DNA from: Bacteroidia bacterium | GTDB taxonomy: Bacteria; Bacteroidota; Bacteroidia; UBA7662 | Assembly (NCBI GenBank): GCA_049317645.1 | Contig: JBMOHV010000001.1 | Location: 975-64,974 of the forward strand | Direction: 5' to 3' | Length of the DNA: 64,000 bases | Shown: piece after piece, positions 26,998-39,485 of the stretch | Position numbering within the stretch: position 1 is the stretch's first letter | Layout: each line of letters opens with the position of its first letter | Program-made: the position numbers and the translations under genes | The notes under the pieces: model-generated | The model's input: the letters and a program-made list of their open reading frames with translations, nothing else | Told to the model about the DNA's origin: nothing | Database searches by the model: none

Positions 26998-28425
26998 ATG
27001 AAAACCCGATTCCGCCTTCTTTTTTTGAGCCGCAAGGCCGTTGCCTTGTGGGTTATAACCCTTGTTTGGGGGCTTTGGGGGCCGTCATTGGCCGAGGGAA
27101 ACACGGAGGGAAACGCCTTCAAAAAGCTCCCACTGCCCGCCCTCTGGGCCCCAACAGCGCAACCCTGCCGGGTTTATCGCATGGATTTGCTGGAACCTGT
27201 GGATGCCCCCATGTGGCGGAGGGTGCAATTGGCCCTCCAAGAGGCCAACCAACTCAAGAGCGATCTGATCTTCATACGGCTGAATACCTACGGTGGCCGG
27301 GTGGATTTTGCCGACAGCATCCGGACCCGCCTTCTTCAAAGCCCCCTTCCTGTGGTGGTCTGGGTTGATAACAACGCCGCTTCGGCCGGGGCCCTCATCG
27401 CCCTCTCCGCCAACCGAATTTACATGAACCCCAGCGCCAGCATGGGTGCAGCAACCGTGGTCAACCAACAAGGCGAAGCCGTCCCCGACAAATACCAATC
27501 CTACATGAGGGCCACCATGCGGGCCACGGCCCAAGCCCGTCAGCGCAACCCTCGACTGGCCGAATGCATGGTCGATCCGGACCTCGGCTACCCCGGCGTT
27601 GTGGATTCCGGCAAGGTCCTCACCCTAACCGCATCCGAAGCCGAAAAGCTGGGGATGAGCGACGGGACCGCCTCCAATGCCCAGCAGGTTTTGCGAAGCG
27701 TGGGGGTATCCAAAAGCGTCTTGGTTCAACAAAAACTAGGACTTCTGGACCGCTTCCTCCAATTTCTACTGAACCCGGCTGTTCAATCCATTCTGATTTT
27801 GCTGATGCTGGGCGGGCTGTATTTGGAACTCCAAAGCCCTGGCATTGGCCTCCCCATCGTTGTTTCGGTCCTGGCCGCCGCCCTATATTTTGCCCCTCTC
27901 TACCTGGAGGGCCTGGCGACCTATGCCGAGATTTGGTTGTTTGTGGCCGGGCTCCTGCTGCTGGCCTTGGAGATATGGGTTTTGCCTGGCACCGGCTGGG
28001 CCGGAGCCCTGGGTCTCGCCGCGATTTTTCTGGCCCTGGTCGCCTCTATGTTGGATAACCAGGGCTTGGATATAAGCCCGGAAGGAACCAACCGGGGTTT
28101 GGGCTTGGCGACCGCAGTACTGGCCGTTCTTGTTCCCCTGCTGGCCTTGGGGACCGCTTTTTTGTTATGGGGGGAACGGCTGTTCAGTCACGGTCCCCTT
28201 CGCCGATGGGTTCTACAGAGTCCTGAAGTCACCGAGGATACCGCCCTCAGCAGCCCCGAAGACCCAAGCGCCGTTGCCCATACCCGACTCATACCGGCGG
28301 GCAAAATTCTTTACCAAGGCCGTATCGAAGAAGCCCATGCCGTTGATGGTTGGATCGAAGCCGGAACGGCGGTGCGGATTCTGCGCAAGGAACAAAACCG
28401 CTGGTACGTCCAAAAGTCTGACTAA
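26998..28425 (+). CDS. NfeD-family membrane-bound ClpP-class serine protease
   Basis: Signal peptide. S49/ClpP-class motif NNAASAGALIALSANRIYMNPSASMGAATVV. Central polytopic region and a C-terminal OB-like domain. The ORF-table N-terminus (from 26491) lies antisense within the upstream gene and was rejected. Confidence 0.6.
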   Translation: MKTRFRLLFLSRKAVALWVITLVWGLWGPSLAEGNTEGNAFKKLPLPALWAPTAQPCRVYRMDLLEPVDAPMWRRVQLALQEANQLKSDLIFIRLNTYGGRVDFADSIRTRLLQSPLPVVVWVDNNAASAGALIALSANRIYMNPSASMGAATVVNQQGEAVPDKYQSYMRATMRATAQARQRNPRLAECMVDPDLGYPGVVDSGKVLTLTASEAEKLGMSDGTASNAQQVLRSVGVSKSVLVQQKLGLLDRFLQFLLNPAVQSILILLMLGGLYLELQSPGIGLPIVVSVLAAALYFAPLYLEGLATYAEIWLFVAGLLLLALEIWVLPGTGWAGALGLAAIFLALVASMLDNQGLDISPEGTNRGLGLATAVLAVLVPLLALGTAFLLWGERLFSHGPLRRWVLQSPEVTEDTALSSPEDPSAVAHTRLIPAGKILYQGRIEEAHAVDGWIEAGTAVRILRKEQNRWYVQKSD

Positions 28426-31942
<3,517 letters not shown>

Positions 31943-31948
31943 TCGCGT

Positions 31949-33064
31949 TTGCTATCCCTGGGATTTGACGCCAAAAGGGCCCTGTACAATACTTCAGGTC
32001 TAGGCAATTATGCCCGGACCTTGCTGGGCAACCTGCTTGCACAATCCCCTGAGCATCAATACCACCTGTACGCCCCCGCTCGAAAAGATTCAGGGGTCAA
32101 CCCTCGCATCGCAGCATTCCAACACCCATCGCAGCATCTTCACTTGGACTGCAGGTTGGGGGCCCATCTTCATCGCACATTGGGCATGCGCAGCCAGGTT
32201 CTGCGAGACAGGGTCCAGGTTTATCACGGGCTGAGCAACGAAATTCCCTTGGACTTGGTGGGCAGCGGGGTCCAAACAATTCTGACCGTTCATGACCTCC
32301 TGTTTATGGACCTACCACTTACCTATCCTTGGTTGGATCGTCAGATTTACCGGTTCAAAACCCAATCCGGTCTTGCCAAAGCCGACCGGGTGGTGGCCAT
32401 CAGCCAAACAACCCGCGATCGACTGGTCCATTATTTTCCACAAATCCAAAACCGCGTCGAGGTCATCTACCAACCTTGTGCCCCGGATTATTACCAAGAC
32501 CCTTGGGCCCAACCTACGGTCCACCCTTTCATCCCGGAAGAACCCTATTGGCTCTATGTGGGCCGTATCGAAGCCCGCAAAAACCTGCGAGGCATCCTCA
32601 AGGCTTTGAGAGCCCTGCCATCCCCTGAGCGCCTGCCCCTGGTCATCATCGGCCAAGGCGGCGCCGAGGCCGCTGCATGCCGCCAAATGGGGAGTGCATG
32701 GGGGTTGGACCTCCGATGGATGGCCCAACCCAGCGGGAGCCTGCGACCCTGGTACCAACGAGCGACGGCCTTGGTCTACCCCTCGGTAGCCGAAGGTTTT
32801 GGTTTACCCGTGGCGGAAGCCCTGCTTTCCGGTTGCCCCGTCGTAACTTCGGAGAACACCTCCATGGCCGAATTCAGCGGATCCCACGCCATCTTGGTCA
32901 ACCCCAACGATACCGATTCCTTGATGATGGGATTGCAACAAAGCCAGGCCGCGGAATACGCATCCCTCGAAAGTCGCCAAAGAGCCCGACAAAGCATCCT
33001 TCAACTTTTGGATCCGTGCCTCCTGACCCAAAAATGGTTGGACCTCTATCAGCAAATGGCCTAA
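31949..33064 (+). CDS. Glycosyltransferase family 4 (GT1-fold)
   Basis: GFDAKRALYNTSGLGNYAR N-terminus typical of GT4. EGFGLPVAEALLSGCPVVTS EX7E-type motif. Probable TTG start. Confidence 0.75.
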   Translation: MLSLGFDAKRALYNTSGLGNYARTLLGNLLAQSPEHQYHLYAPARKDSGVNPRIAAFQHPSQHLHLDCRLGAHLHRTLGMRSQVLRDRVQVYHGLSNEIPLDLVGSGVQTILTVHDLLFMDLPLTYPWLDRQIYRFKTQSGLAKADRVVAISQTTRDRLVHYFPQIQNRVEVIYQPCAPDYYQDPWAQPTVHPFIPEEPYWLYVGRIEARKNLRGILKALRALPSPERLPLVIIGQGGAEAAACRQMGSAWGLDLRWMAQPSGSLRPWYQRATALVYPSVAEGFGLPVAEALLSGCPVVTSENTSMAEFSGSHAILVNPNDTDSLMMGLQQSQAAEYASLESRQRARQSILQLLDPCLLTQKWLDLYQQMA

Positions 33065-33113
33065 ACCGCGTTGATAACCTAAGCCGAGCGCAATTCTTCG
33101 GTAAATTTGTTCA

Positions 33114-33566
33114 ATGTCTCATCAGATAACCACCCGTCCCGTCTCAACATCCTTGTTAACGGTTTCCTTGGGGCTCTTGCTCCTGGTTGCGGGATGTCAA
33201 CACGAATCCCTGGCTCCTCCCAACCTGGATCCAGACTATATAAGCAGCCCTTGTTCCCCGGATTCCGCGTATTTCGTCCGCGATGTTTTGCCCATCCTGG
33301 CCAGCAATTGCGCTGTCAGCGGTTGCCACGATGCCTCAACCCGAGCAGAAGGCGTTCGATTGGATCATTACCAGGCCGTCATTCAAACAGCGGAAGTCCG
33401 GGCCGGAGATCCTGACAACAGCGAACTGTTCGAGGTTTGTGTGGAAACCAGCCCCGATAAACGCATGCCTCCTCCGCCCCGTTCACCGCTCAGTCCGGGC
33501 CAGGTGGAAACCCTCCGTCGCTGGATCGCCCAAGGGGCCCGCAACAACCACTGCACCGACAATTAA
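33114..33566 (+). CDS. Small lipoprotein with a PSCyt1-like (Planctomycete-type cytochrome c) domain carrying a CX4CH motif
   Basis: Lipobox LLLVAGC. VLPILASNCAVSGCHDASTRAEGVRLD...DKRMPPP...LSPGQVETLRRWIAQGA follows the PF07635 pattern, but the heme motif is CAVSGCH (33309-33329) rather than CxxCH. Confidence 0.5.
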   Translation: MSHQITTRPVSTSLLTVSLGLLLLVAGCQHESLAPPNLDPDYISSPCSPDSAYFVRDVLPILASNCAVSGCHDASTRAEGVRLDHYQAVIQTAEVRAGDPDNSELFEVCVETSPDKRMPPPPRSPLSPGQVETLRRWIAQGARNNHCTDN

Positions 33567-33569
33567 ACC

Positions 33570-33995
33570 ATGAAAAATCGTCCCCTTTTGATTTTGTTTG
33601 CGGCCGTTCTCATGGCCATCGCCGTCGCCTACGCGTATTTTCGTTGGAACCAGGCCCCCGAATCGTTGGCCCAAAAAGACCCTGATTTCCAAATCAAAGC
33701 CAACACGCTCTTGGAAGAATTTCAATCCAACAGCGCAAAGTCCCAACCCCTTTACCTCAATCGAATCCTTGAAATCGAGGGTCGTTGCGAATCCATCGAA
33801 AACCAAGGGGATTCCCTATTCTTTGTTTATATCGGTTCCCATAACGGCGCTTCGGTGCTGTGCCAACTCGAAAAGGGCCTCGACCCTCTGCCACCTGTTG
33901 GACAAAATTTACGATGCAAAGGCCTGTGCACCGGCTACGATGATTTGACGGGCGGTGCCTCCATGGACCGCTGCGTACTCGTCAATTTCCCTTAA
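33570..33995 (+). CDS. Hypothetical exported protein (possible OB-fold)
   Basis: 141 aa. N-terminal signal-anchor, four Cys in the C-terminal half, no catalytic motif. Confidence 0.35.
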   Translation: MKNRPLLILFAAVLMAIAVAYAYFRWNQAPESLAQKDPDFQIKANTLLEEFQSNSAKSQPLYLNRILEIEGRCESIENQGDSLFFVYIGSHNGASVLCQLEKGLDPLPPVGQNLRCKGLCTGYDDLTGGASMDRCVLVNFP

Positions 33996-34013
33996 ACCAA
34001 TCCGATCGACCTC

Positions 34014-34589
34014 ATGAACCATTCCACGATTTCCACCTTTGCCTGCGCCTTCCTTCTTTTGGGCATCAGTACCACCGAATTGCTGGCTCAGAACAAATAC
34101 ATGACCCGGACCGGATCGGCCCATTTTGTGGCTGATGGAATCATCAAAGACGATGTCCAAGCCCGTAGCAATACCGTTACCGCGGTTCTGGATGCCTCCA
34201 ACGGTCAGGTTCAGGCCCGCATTCCTGTCAACTCTTTTGTCTTTCGGAAGGCTTTAATGCAAGAGCATTTCAACGAGAACTACCTTGAGTCGCATCGTTT
34301 TCCGAATGCGAATTTCAAAGGCTCTATACAGGGCTGGAACGAGCAGATGCTCCAAAAATCCGGACCCCAAAAAATCCGATTTGTTGGAACCCTCGAGATT
34401 CACGGCGTCGCTCGCGATATCAGCGAGGCGGGCCTTTTGGAAGTCAACAACGGTCTCGTCCACTTGGAAACAGATTTCAAGGTGATCGTTGCGGAATACG
34501 GCATCAAAGTACCGGCCCTGGTCCGTGACAAAGTCGCCAAGGAAGCCGACGTGCATATTCAAGGCAACTTGAAGGCCACCGCTCAGTAA
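34014..34589 (+). CDS. YceI-family periplasmic polyisoprenoid-binding protein
   Basis: Signal peptide. Colinear with YceI-like proteins (…HFNENYLESHRFPNANFKGS…GTLEIHGVARDI…). 191 aa. Confidence 0.6.
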   Translation: MNHSTISTFACAFLLLGISTTELLAQNKYMTRTGSAHFVADGIIKDDVQARSNTVTAVLDASNGQVQARIPVNSFVFRKALMQEHFNENYLESHRFPNANFKGSIQGWNEQMLQKSGPQKIRFVGTLEIHGVARDISEAGLLEVNNGLVHLETDFKVIVAEYGIKVPALVRDKVAKEADVHIQGNLKATAQ

Positions 34590-34625
34590 CACATTACTTC
34601 GAATCGAGGGCCTTGGGCCGGGTTC

Positions 34626-36284
34626 CTACCTTAGGACCGCTGTCCGATGCCAGGGATTCCCGCTTGAAACATCGAATTCCACCGGGTTTAGGAGCCCCAA
34701 GGCATCGCCCAAAAAGGACGGGCCGCCAACAGCTAACACATTCCACATCCCCTCGCGACGTTCGACGGGCTGACCACCGGGGCGCATTCGCTCCAGCAAT
34801 TGACCTGCTTCATCCATGGTGGGTCGATGCTTTTTTCGGAAACTTTTGCGGTCCATCTGGGCCAACCTTTCCAATTCCTGCTGAATGCGATGGGCCGATG
34901 CGCCCAGCGCAGGTCCCAACGAGGCATCGTTTTCGACCAAGGCCCGACGAAGCGGGTTGAGGAATTCTTCGACCCGGCTTTGGGTGGTTTCCGACTGACT
35001 CAACCAATCCGGAAGGGGATGGGCTCGTTCCTGCATTCGGTGACTCAGCCATTCGTCCAACAAGGCTTGGGCGTTTCGACCCAAATCTGCCACGGACCAT
35101 CCCAGTGCCTCCCAGGCCTGCCAATCCGACTCCAAAACGGTGGTAAGCGAAGGACGCAAAAATCGCAAGGGCATCTCCATGCCGTATCGAGCAAACAAGG
35201 GCTGCAACAACGCCCAATAACCCTGCTCGGCCCCACCCCCCAACCAGGCCACGCCTGGCAAGACCGATTCTTGGTACAAGGGCCGGAGGGCCGCCCCCGG
35301 GCTGAAATGGGCCCATTGTTCTGCGCGGGCCTTTTCCAAATCCGCCTCGGTCTCGGGTCGCCTTCTTGTGGATTGGTCCAATACAAAAAACGGGTGTTCC
35401 CGTACATGAAAATCAATCCTGGACCCCGTCTGCTGATCCCATTCTTTTTGGGCCTGCTCAACCAATGCGGCGGCCAAGCCAGGATGGCTTACTTGATCCT
35501 CCCAAACCGGACTCAGGAGTTTTTTGAGGGACGCATCATCTCCGTCCACCACCAACAAAGGTGTTTCCAATGAATCAACTTCCTCCAACCATCCCCCTCG
35601 ACCCAAAAGAGCATGCGCCAGTCGGCGGGTTGCCATGGACACCGACAGACCTTCCCGGTACGAGTCGCGCACCAAACCGATCACACGTTCGGCATACGGA
35701 GCCTCCCCAAGCAATTCCCGGAGCCCTTGCAGGGTATCTTCCATCTTGGGTACCTCCAAGCGTCCAAAAGCATAGGGCCCGCGGAGGCCAGGCCATTCCA
35801 AGCGCCGACCCTTCACCTCACAGACCCCCAGTTCCTCTAGATCATGGTCCTCGGAACCCATCCAATAAATGGGCACCCACCGGTATTCAGGGCAGGCGGC
35901 CTGCATGGAACGAGCCAACGCCAAGGTGCTCAGCATTTTGTGCAACCAATACGAAGGACCTCCCAACCAATTGGGTTGATGGGCCGTGGTAATCGCCACC
36001 CAGTTTTCTTCGGCCAAAAGGTCCAAGCCTGCGCTGCGAGGGTCGATACCGGACGCGATGTATTGTTTTTCGAGAGCCTTCCAAAGGACCGTTCTTTGCT
36101 CTGAACTGTACGATTTCAAACGACGGGCCGCTTGGCTTTGGAGACGATCGTAGGGGAATTCTTGGGTTCCCAACAACGGATTAAGCCCCTTGTTTTTTAA
36201 CCAAGCAAGGGCGGTGGCCGATAGCCAGGACTCGGCCTCAAAGGCTCGCTGATGGATCGGGGACAGCACAGGCGACCAAGTCAA
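34626..36284 (-). CDS. bshC: Bacillithiol biosynthesis cysteine-adding enzyme
   Basis: 552 aa. ITTAHQPNWLGGPSYWLHK resembles the BshC TTGQQxGLxxGPxYxxYK signature. C-terminal coiled-coil region. Confidence 0.55.
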   Translation of the reverse strand: MTWSPVLSPIHQRAFEAESWLSATALAWLKNKGLNPLLGTQEFPYDRLQSQAARRLKSYSSEQRTVLWKALEKQYIASGIDPRSAGLDLLAEENWVAITTAHQPNWLGGPSYWLHKMLSTLALARSMQAACPEYRWVPIYWMGSEDHDLEELGVCEVKGRRLEWPGLRGPYAFGRLEVPKMEDTLQGLRELLGEAPYAERVIGLVRDSYREGLSVSMATRRLAHALLGRGGWLEEVDSLETPLLVVDGDDASLKKLLSPVWEDQVSHPGLAAALVEQAQKEWDQQTGSRIDFHVREHPFFVLDQSTRRRPETEADLEKARAEQWAHFSPGAALRPLYQESVLPGVAWLGGGAEQGYWALLQPLFARYGMEMPLRFLRPSLTTVLESDWQAWEALGWSVADLGRNAQALLDEWLSHRMQERAHPLPDWLSQSETTQSRVEEFLNPLRRALVENDASLGPALGASAHRIQQELERLAQMDRKSFRKKHRPTMDEAGQLLERMRPGGQPVERREGMWNVLAVGGPSFLGDALGLLNPVEFDVSSGNPWHRTAVLR

Positions 36285-37581
36285 ATTCCTCGGCTCGGGT
36301 CACGCGGACCTTCACCATACAGCCGGGTTTCCAATCGCCCGGGGCCTCCTTGGCCGGTATCAAAACTTCGTTATCCACTTCCGGCGAATCAAATTCGGTT
36401 CGCCCCACCCAATGGGTGGATTCCAAGCGATCCAAGAGGACCGTGAATTCACGTCCCACCTTGGCCTGGTTCCATTCAAGCGAAATTCCCTGCTGCAATT
36501 CCATCAAATGATCGGCTCGTTGTTGCTTGGTCTCCACCGGCACATCGTCTTCCAGTAAATAGGCCGCCGTATTTTCTTCGTGCGAATACATAAAAACTCC
36601 CAGGCGCTCAAAACGATGTTCTTGAACAAAATCACAGAGCTCCTGAAATTCCTCCTCGGTTTCACCGGGGAAGCCGACCATCATCGTGGTCCTCAAGTGA
36701 ATGCCGGGGACGGCCGATCGGATATCGCGCACCAATTGATTCGTGGCCCTGGCCGAAATACCCCGACGCATCCGCTTGAGGACGCTGTCCGAGGCATGCT
36801 GCAGAGGCATATCCAAGTAAAGACATAGGTTTTCCCTTTCCCGAATCAAAGGCAGAATTTCCATAGGAAATTGCCCAGGGTAAGCGTATTGCAGGCGTAT
36901 CCACGAGGCCCCGGACTCGGCCGAAAGGCGGTCCAACAAATGGGCCAATTCCCTTTGACCGGTCAAATCCAAGCCGTACCAGGTCAAATCCTGCGCGATC
37001 AAAACCAATTCACGGACCCCACCCGCCACCAGGTTTTGGGCTTCTTGTAACAAGGCAGGAACCGCAACCGATCGGTGCCCACCCCGCATGAGCGGTATCG
37101 CACAAAACGAGCAAGGCCGGTCGCAACCTTCCGCAATTTTGAGAAAAGCGGTGTGGGATGGCGTGCTAATTCGACGCTCTCCTAACAATTCTTTGCGGTA
37201 ATCCACCCCCAAGGATCGAACCAACGAAGGCAATTCCATGGTTCCAAACCAGGCATCAACCCCGGGGATTTCTTTTTCCAATTCGTTCCGATAGCGATGG
37301 GACAGGCAACCCATGACCACCAGTTTTCCGATGCGACCTTCTTGACGGGCCTCGGCGTAATGCAAAATCGTGTCGATGGATTCCTGCTTGGCGTTTTCAA
37401 TAAATCCACAGGTATTAATAACCACCGTTTGATTCGGCGATGAATCCTTCGATCCCTCTTCCAGGACTTGGACCTCCCCCCCAACCAATTGGGTGGCGAG
37501 ACGCTCGGAATCAACCGTGTTCTTGGAACAGCCCAAGGTAACAAGGCGTACCGGAGCGGGGCGATGGGCTTTGGTTTTCAC
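36238..37581 (-). CDS. rimO: Ribosomal protein S12 methylthiotransferase
   Basis: UPF0004 N-terminal domain (VTLGCSKNTVDSE). Radical-SAM CxxxCxxC (CDRPCSFCAIP). C-terminal TRAM domain. Confidence 0.9.
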   Translation of the reverse strand: MKTKAHRPAPVRLVTLGCSKNTVDSERLATQLVGGEVQVLEEGSKDSSPNQTVVINTCGFIENAKQESIDTILHYAEARQEGRIGKLVVMGCLSHRYRNELEKEIPGVDAWFGTMELPSLVRSLGVDYRKELLGERRISTPSHTAFLKIAEGCDRPCSFCAIPLMRGGHRSVAVPALLQEAQNLVAGGVRELVLIAQDLTWYGLDLTGQRELAHLLDRLSAESGASWIRLQYAYPGQFPMEILPLIRERENLCLYLDMPLQHASDSVLKRMRRGISARATNQLVRDIRSAVPGIHLRTTMMVGFPGETEEEFQELCDFVQEHRFERLGVFMYSHEENTAAYLLEDDVPVETKQQRADHLMELQQGISLEWNQAKVGREFTVLLDRLESTHWVGRTEFDSPEVDNEVLIPAKEAPGDWKPGCMVKVRVTRAEEFDLVACAVPDPSASL

Positions 37582-37601
37582 GAATTCTGTCTTTGGTTGG
37601 G

Positions 37602-38585
37602 TTAGGCCTGATTTGCAGGGTCCGAAGACGCCTGGCCACCGAGCAACGCTTCCACAAAAGCCTCTTTATCAAAAACTTGAAGGTGATCCATGCCTTCGCC
37701 AACCCCCACAAAACGAATGGGTATGCCGAATTCAGAACAGATACCCAAGGCAACACCGCCCTTGGCGGTTCCATCCAATTTGGTGAGAATCAAGCCCGTA
37801 ACCGAGGTGGCCGCCGTGAATTGGCGGGCTTGCTCCAAAGCGTTTTGGCCGGTCGAGGCATCCAAGACCAGCCAAACATCGTGAGGAGCCCCCGGCATGG
37901 CCTTGTTCAAAACGGTGCGAATCTTGGTTAATTCGGCCATCAAGTGAGCTTTGTTATGCAAACGACCGGCCGTATCAATCAGTACCACCTGAGCGGATGA
38001 AGCAATGGCCGAGCGCAGGGTATCAAAGGCCACCGATGCGGGATCCGAACCGCTCTGCTGGTGGACAACCCGAACGCCGGTGCGTTCCCCCCAGAGCAGC
38101 AATTGTTCCACGGCCGCTGCCCTAAAGGTATCCGCAGCTCCCATGACCACTTGCTGCCCGGCTTGTTTGAAACGCCAAGCTAATTTTCCAATGCTGGTCG
38201 TCTTGCCAACCCCGTTGACGCCCACCACCAAAACAACCCGAGGGGTCGGATTGGAAGCTGCATCGCTGTTGTTCCACTTCTGTTCCGGTTCCCCCAACAA
38301 TTCCAGCATCCGCTCCCGCAGAAGGCCCTGCAAATCGGCTGGACGCAAATCCTTGCGACGGTCGATTTCACTTTGAAGGCCTTGCATAATGCGTACCGTG
38401 GTCGCAACCCCCACATCGGCCGAGAGAAGTATTTCTTCCAGCTCTTCCAGCAATTCATCGTCAATCCGAGTTTTGCCGGTAACAAGGCGTACAATTTTTG
38501 AAAAAAAACCTTCTTTGGTCCTTTCCAGACCCTGAACCAAGGCTTCCTTCTCCTTGCGACCCTTGAGAAAATCAAAAAATCCCAT
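37602..38585 (-). CDS. ftsY: Signal recognition particle receptor FtsY
   Basis: SRP54-type GTPase: GVNGVGKTTSIGKLA (G1), DTAGR, TKLDG. Start taken at MGFFDFLKG. Confidence 0.9.
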   Translation of the reverse strand: MGFFDFLKGRKEKEALVQGLERTKEGFFSKIVRLVTGKTRIDDELLEELEEILLSADVGVATTVRIMQGLQSEIDRRKDLRPADLQGLLRERMLELLGEPEQKWNNSDAASNPTPRVVLVVGVNGVGKTTSIGKLAWRFKQAGQQVVMGAADTFRAAAVEQLLLWGERTGVRVVHQQSGSDPASVAFDTLRSAIASSAQVVLIDTAGRLHNKAHLMAELTKIRTVLNKAMPGAPHDVWLVLDASTGQNALEQARQFTAATSVTGLILTKLDGTAKGGVALGICSEFGIPIRFVGVGEGMDHLQVFDKEAFVEALLGGQASSDPANQA

Positions 38586-38640
38586 AATTAACAAAAAAGG
38601 CTTTCCATTAGGAAAGCCTTTTCAACTTTTGAAGCGACGA

Positions 38641-38799
38641 TTAGCGAGAAAAAAAGTCCTTGACCTTGTCGGCCGTTAAAAACTCTTCGCGGAAGGTGTA
38701 GGCACCGGTTTTTTCGGAACGGCGTGCACGGATCACCTTGACGATTTTTTCTTGTTCGCTGGCTTCTTTTTTCAGGGTTGCTACTACTTTCTTGGCCAT
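38641..38799 (-). CDS. DUF4295-family small protein (52 aa), below the 60-aa ORF-table cutoff
   Basis: Minus-strand ORF MAKKVVATLKKEASEQEKIVKVIRARRSEKTGAYTFREEFLTADKVKDFFSR. It sits directly downstream of rpmG-rpmB, as in other Bacteroidota. Confidence 0.55.
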   Translation of the reverse strand: MAKKVVATLKKEASEQEKIVKVIRARRSEKTGAYTFREEFLTADKVKDFFSR

Positions 38800-38849
38800 G
38801 ATTCGATGTTTAGGGGTTTATCGTGGAGCAAAAACAAATGCCGAGTATC

Positions 38850-39032
38850 TTATTTGATTTCTTTGTGGACCGTCACCTTTTTGAGAACCGGATTGTACTT
38901 CTTTCTTTCCATCCGATCGGGTGTGTTCTTTTTGTTCTTGGTGGTGATGTAGCGGGACATGCCGGGCATGCCGCTGGTTTTGTGCTCGGTGCATTCCAAA
39001 ATGACCTGAATGCGATTACCTTTTTTGGCCAT
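38850..39032 (-). CDS. rpmG: 50S ribosomal protein L33
   Basis: [18 protein letters not shown]...[10 protein letters not shown], 60 aa. Confidence 0.9.
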   Translation of the reverse strand: MAKKGNRIQVILECTEHKTSGMPGMSRYITTKNKKNTPDRMERKKYNPVLKKVTVHKEIK

Positions 39033-39082
39033 GACTGGGGGGATTGGATCGTTAAACGTTCAGTTGGTGTTGCGCTTCAGGC

Positions 39083-39316
39083 TTAGATACGGCCTTTGGA
39101 TAGAAAATCATGAATGACCTTGCCCATGCCGTTTTTGGCGATGGTGCGGATGGCCGAAGTGGATACCTTGAGGGTGATCCATTCGCCGGTTTCAGGAATG
39201 AAAAACTTTTTGAGTTGCAAATTCGGATTGAACCGACGCTTGGTTTTGACGTTGGAGTGGGAAACATGGTTGCCTTTGATGGCACGCTTTCCGGTTAAAT
39301 CACAGACCTTGGACAT
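39083..39316 (-). CDS. rpmB: 50S ribosomal protein L28
   Basis: MSKVCDLTGKRAIKGNHVSHSNVKTKRRFNPNLQ, 77 aa. Confidence 0.9.
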   Translation of the reverse strand: MSKVCDLTGKRAIKGNHVSHSNVKTKRRFNPNLQLKKFFIPETGEWITLKVSTSAIRTIAKNGMGKVIHDFLSKGRI

Positions 39317-39485
39317 GGGGAGTTTTTTTGGTGTCCTTGACTTTGGAGGCTACTTTTGGGGCGACGACTTCCTGATACGCTGATCCAGAGAGTCCCTAAA
39401 AACCATCAAAAAAGCTCTTTCGATCAAGGGATTGCAAAGATAGGTTCTTTGGAGCGTTTTTCAGCCCTTTTTAGCCCAATTTACC

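Noticed and set aside
39317-39485. Possible small RNA or riboswitch in the 170-bp rpmB/rocD intergenic region
   Set aside because: No conserved riboswitch motifs or stable extended structure were recognised. The region is better explained as divergent promoters.
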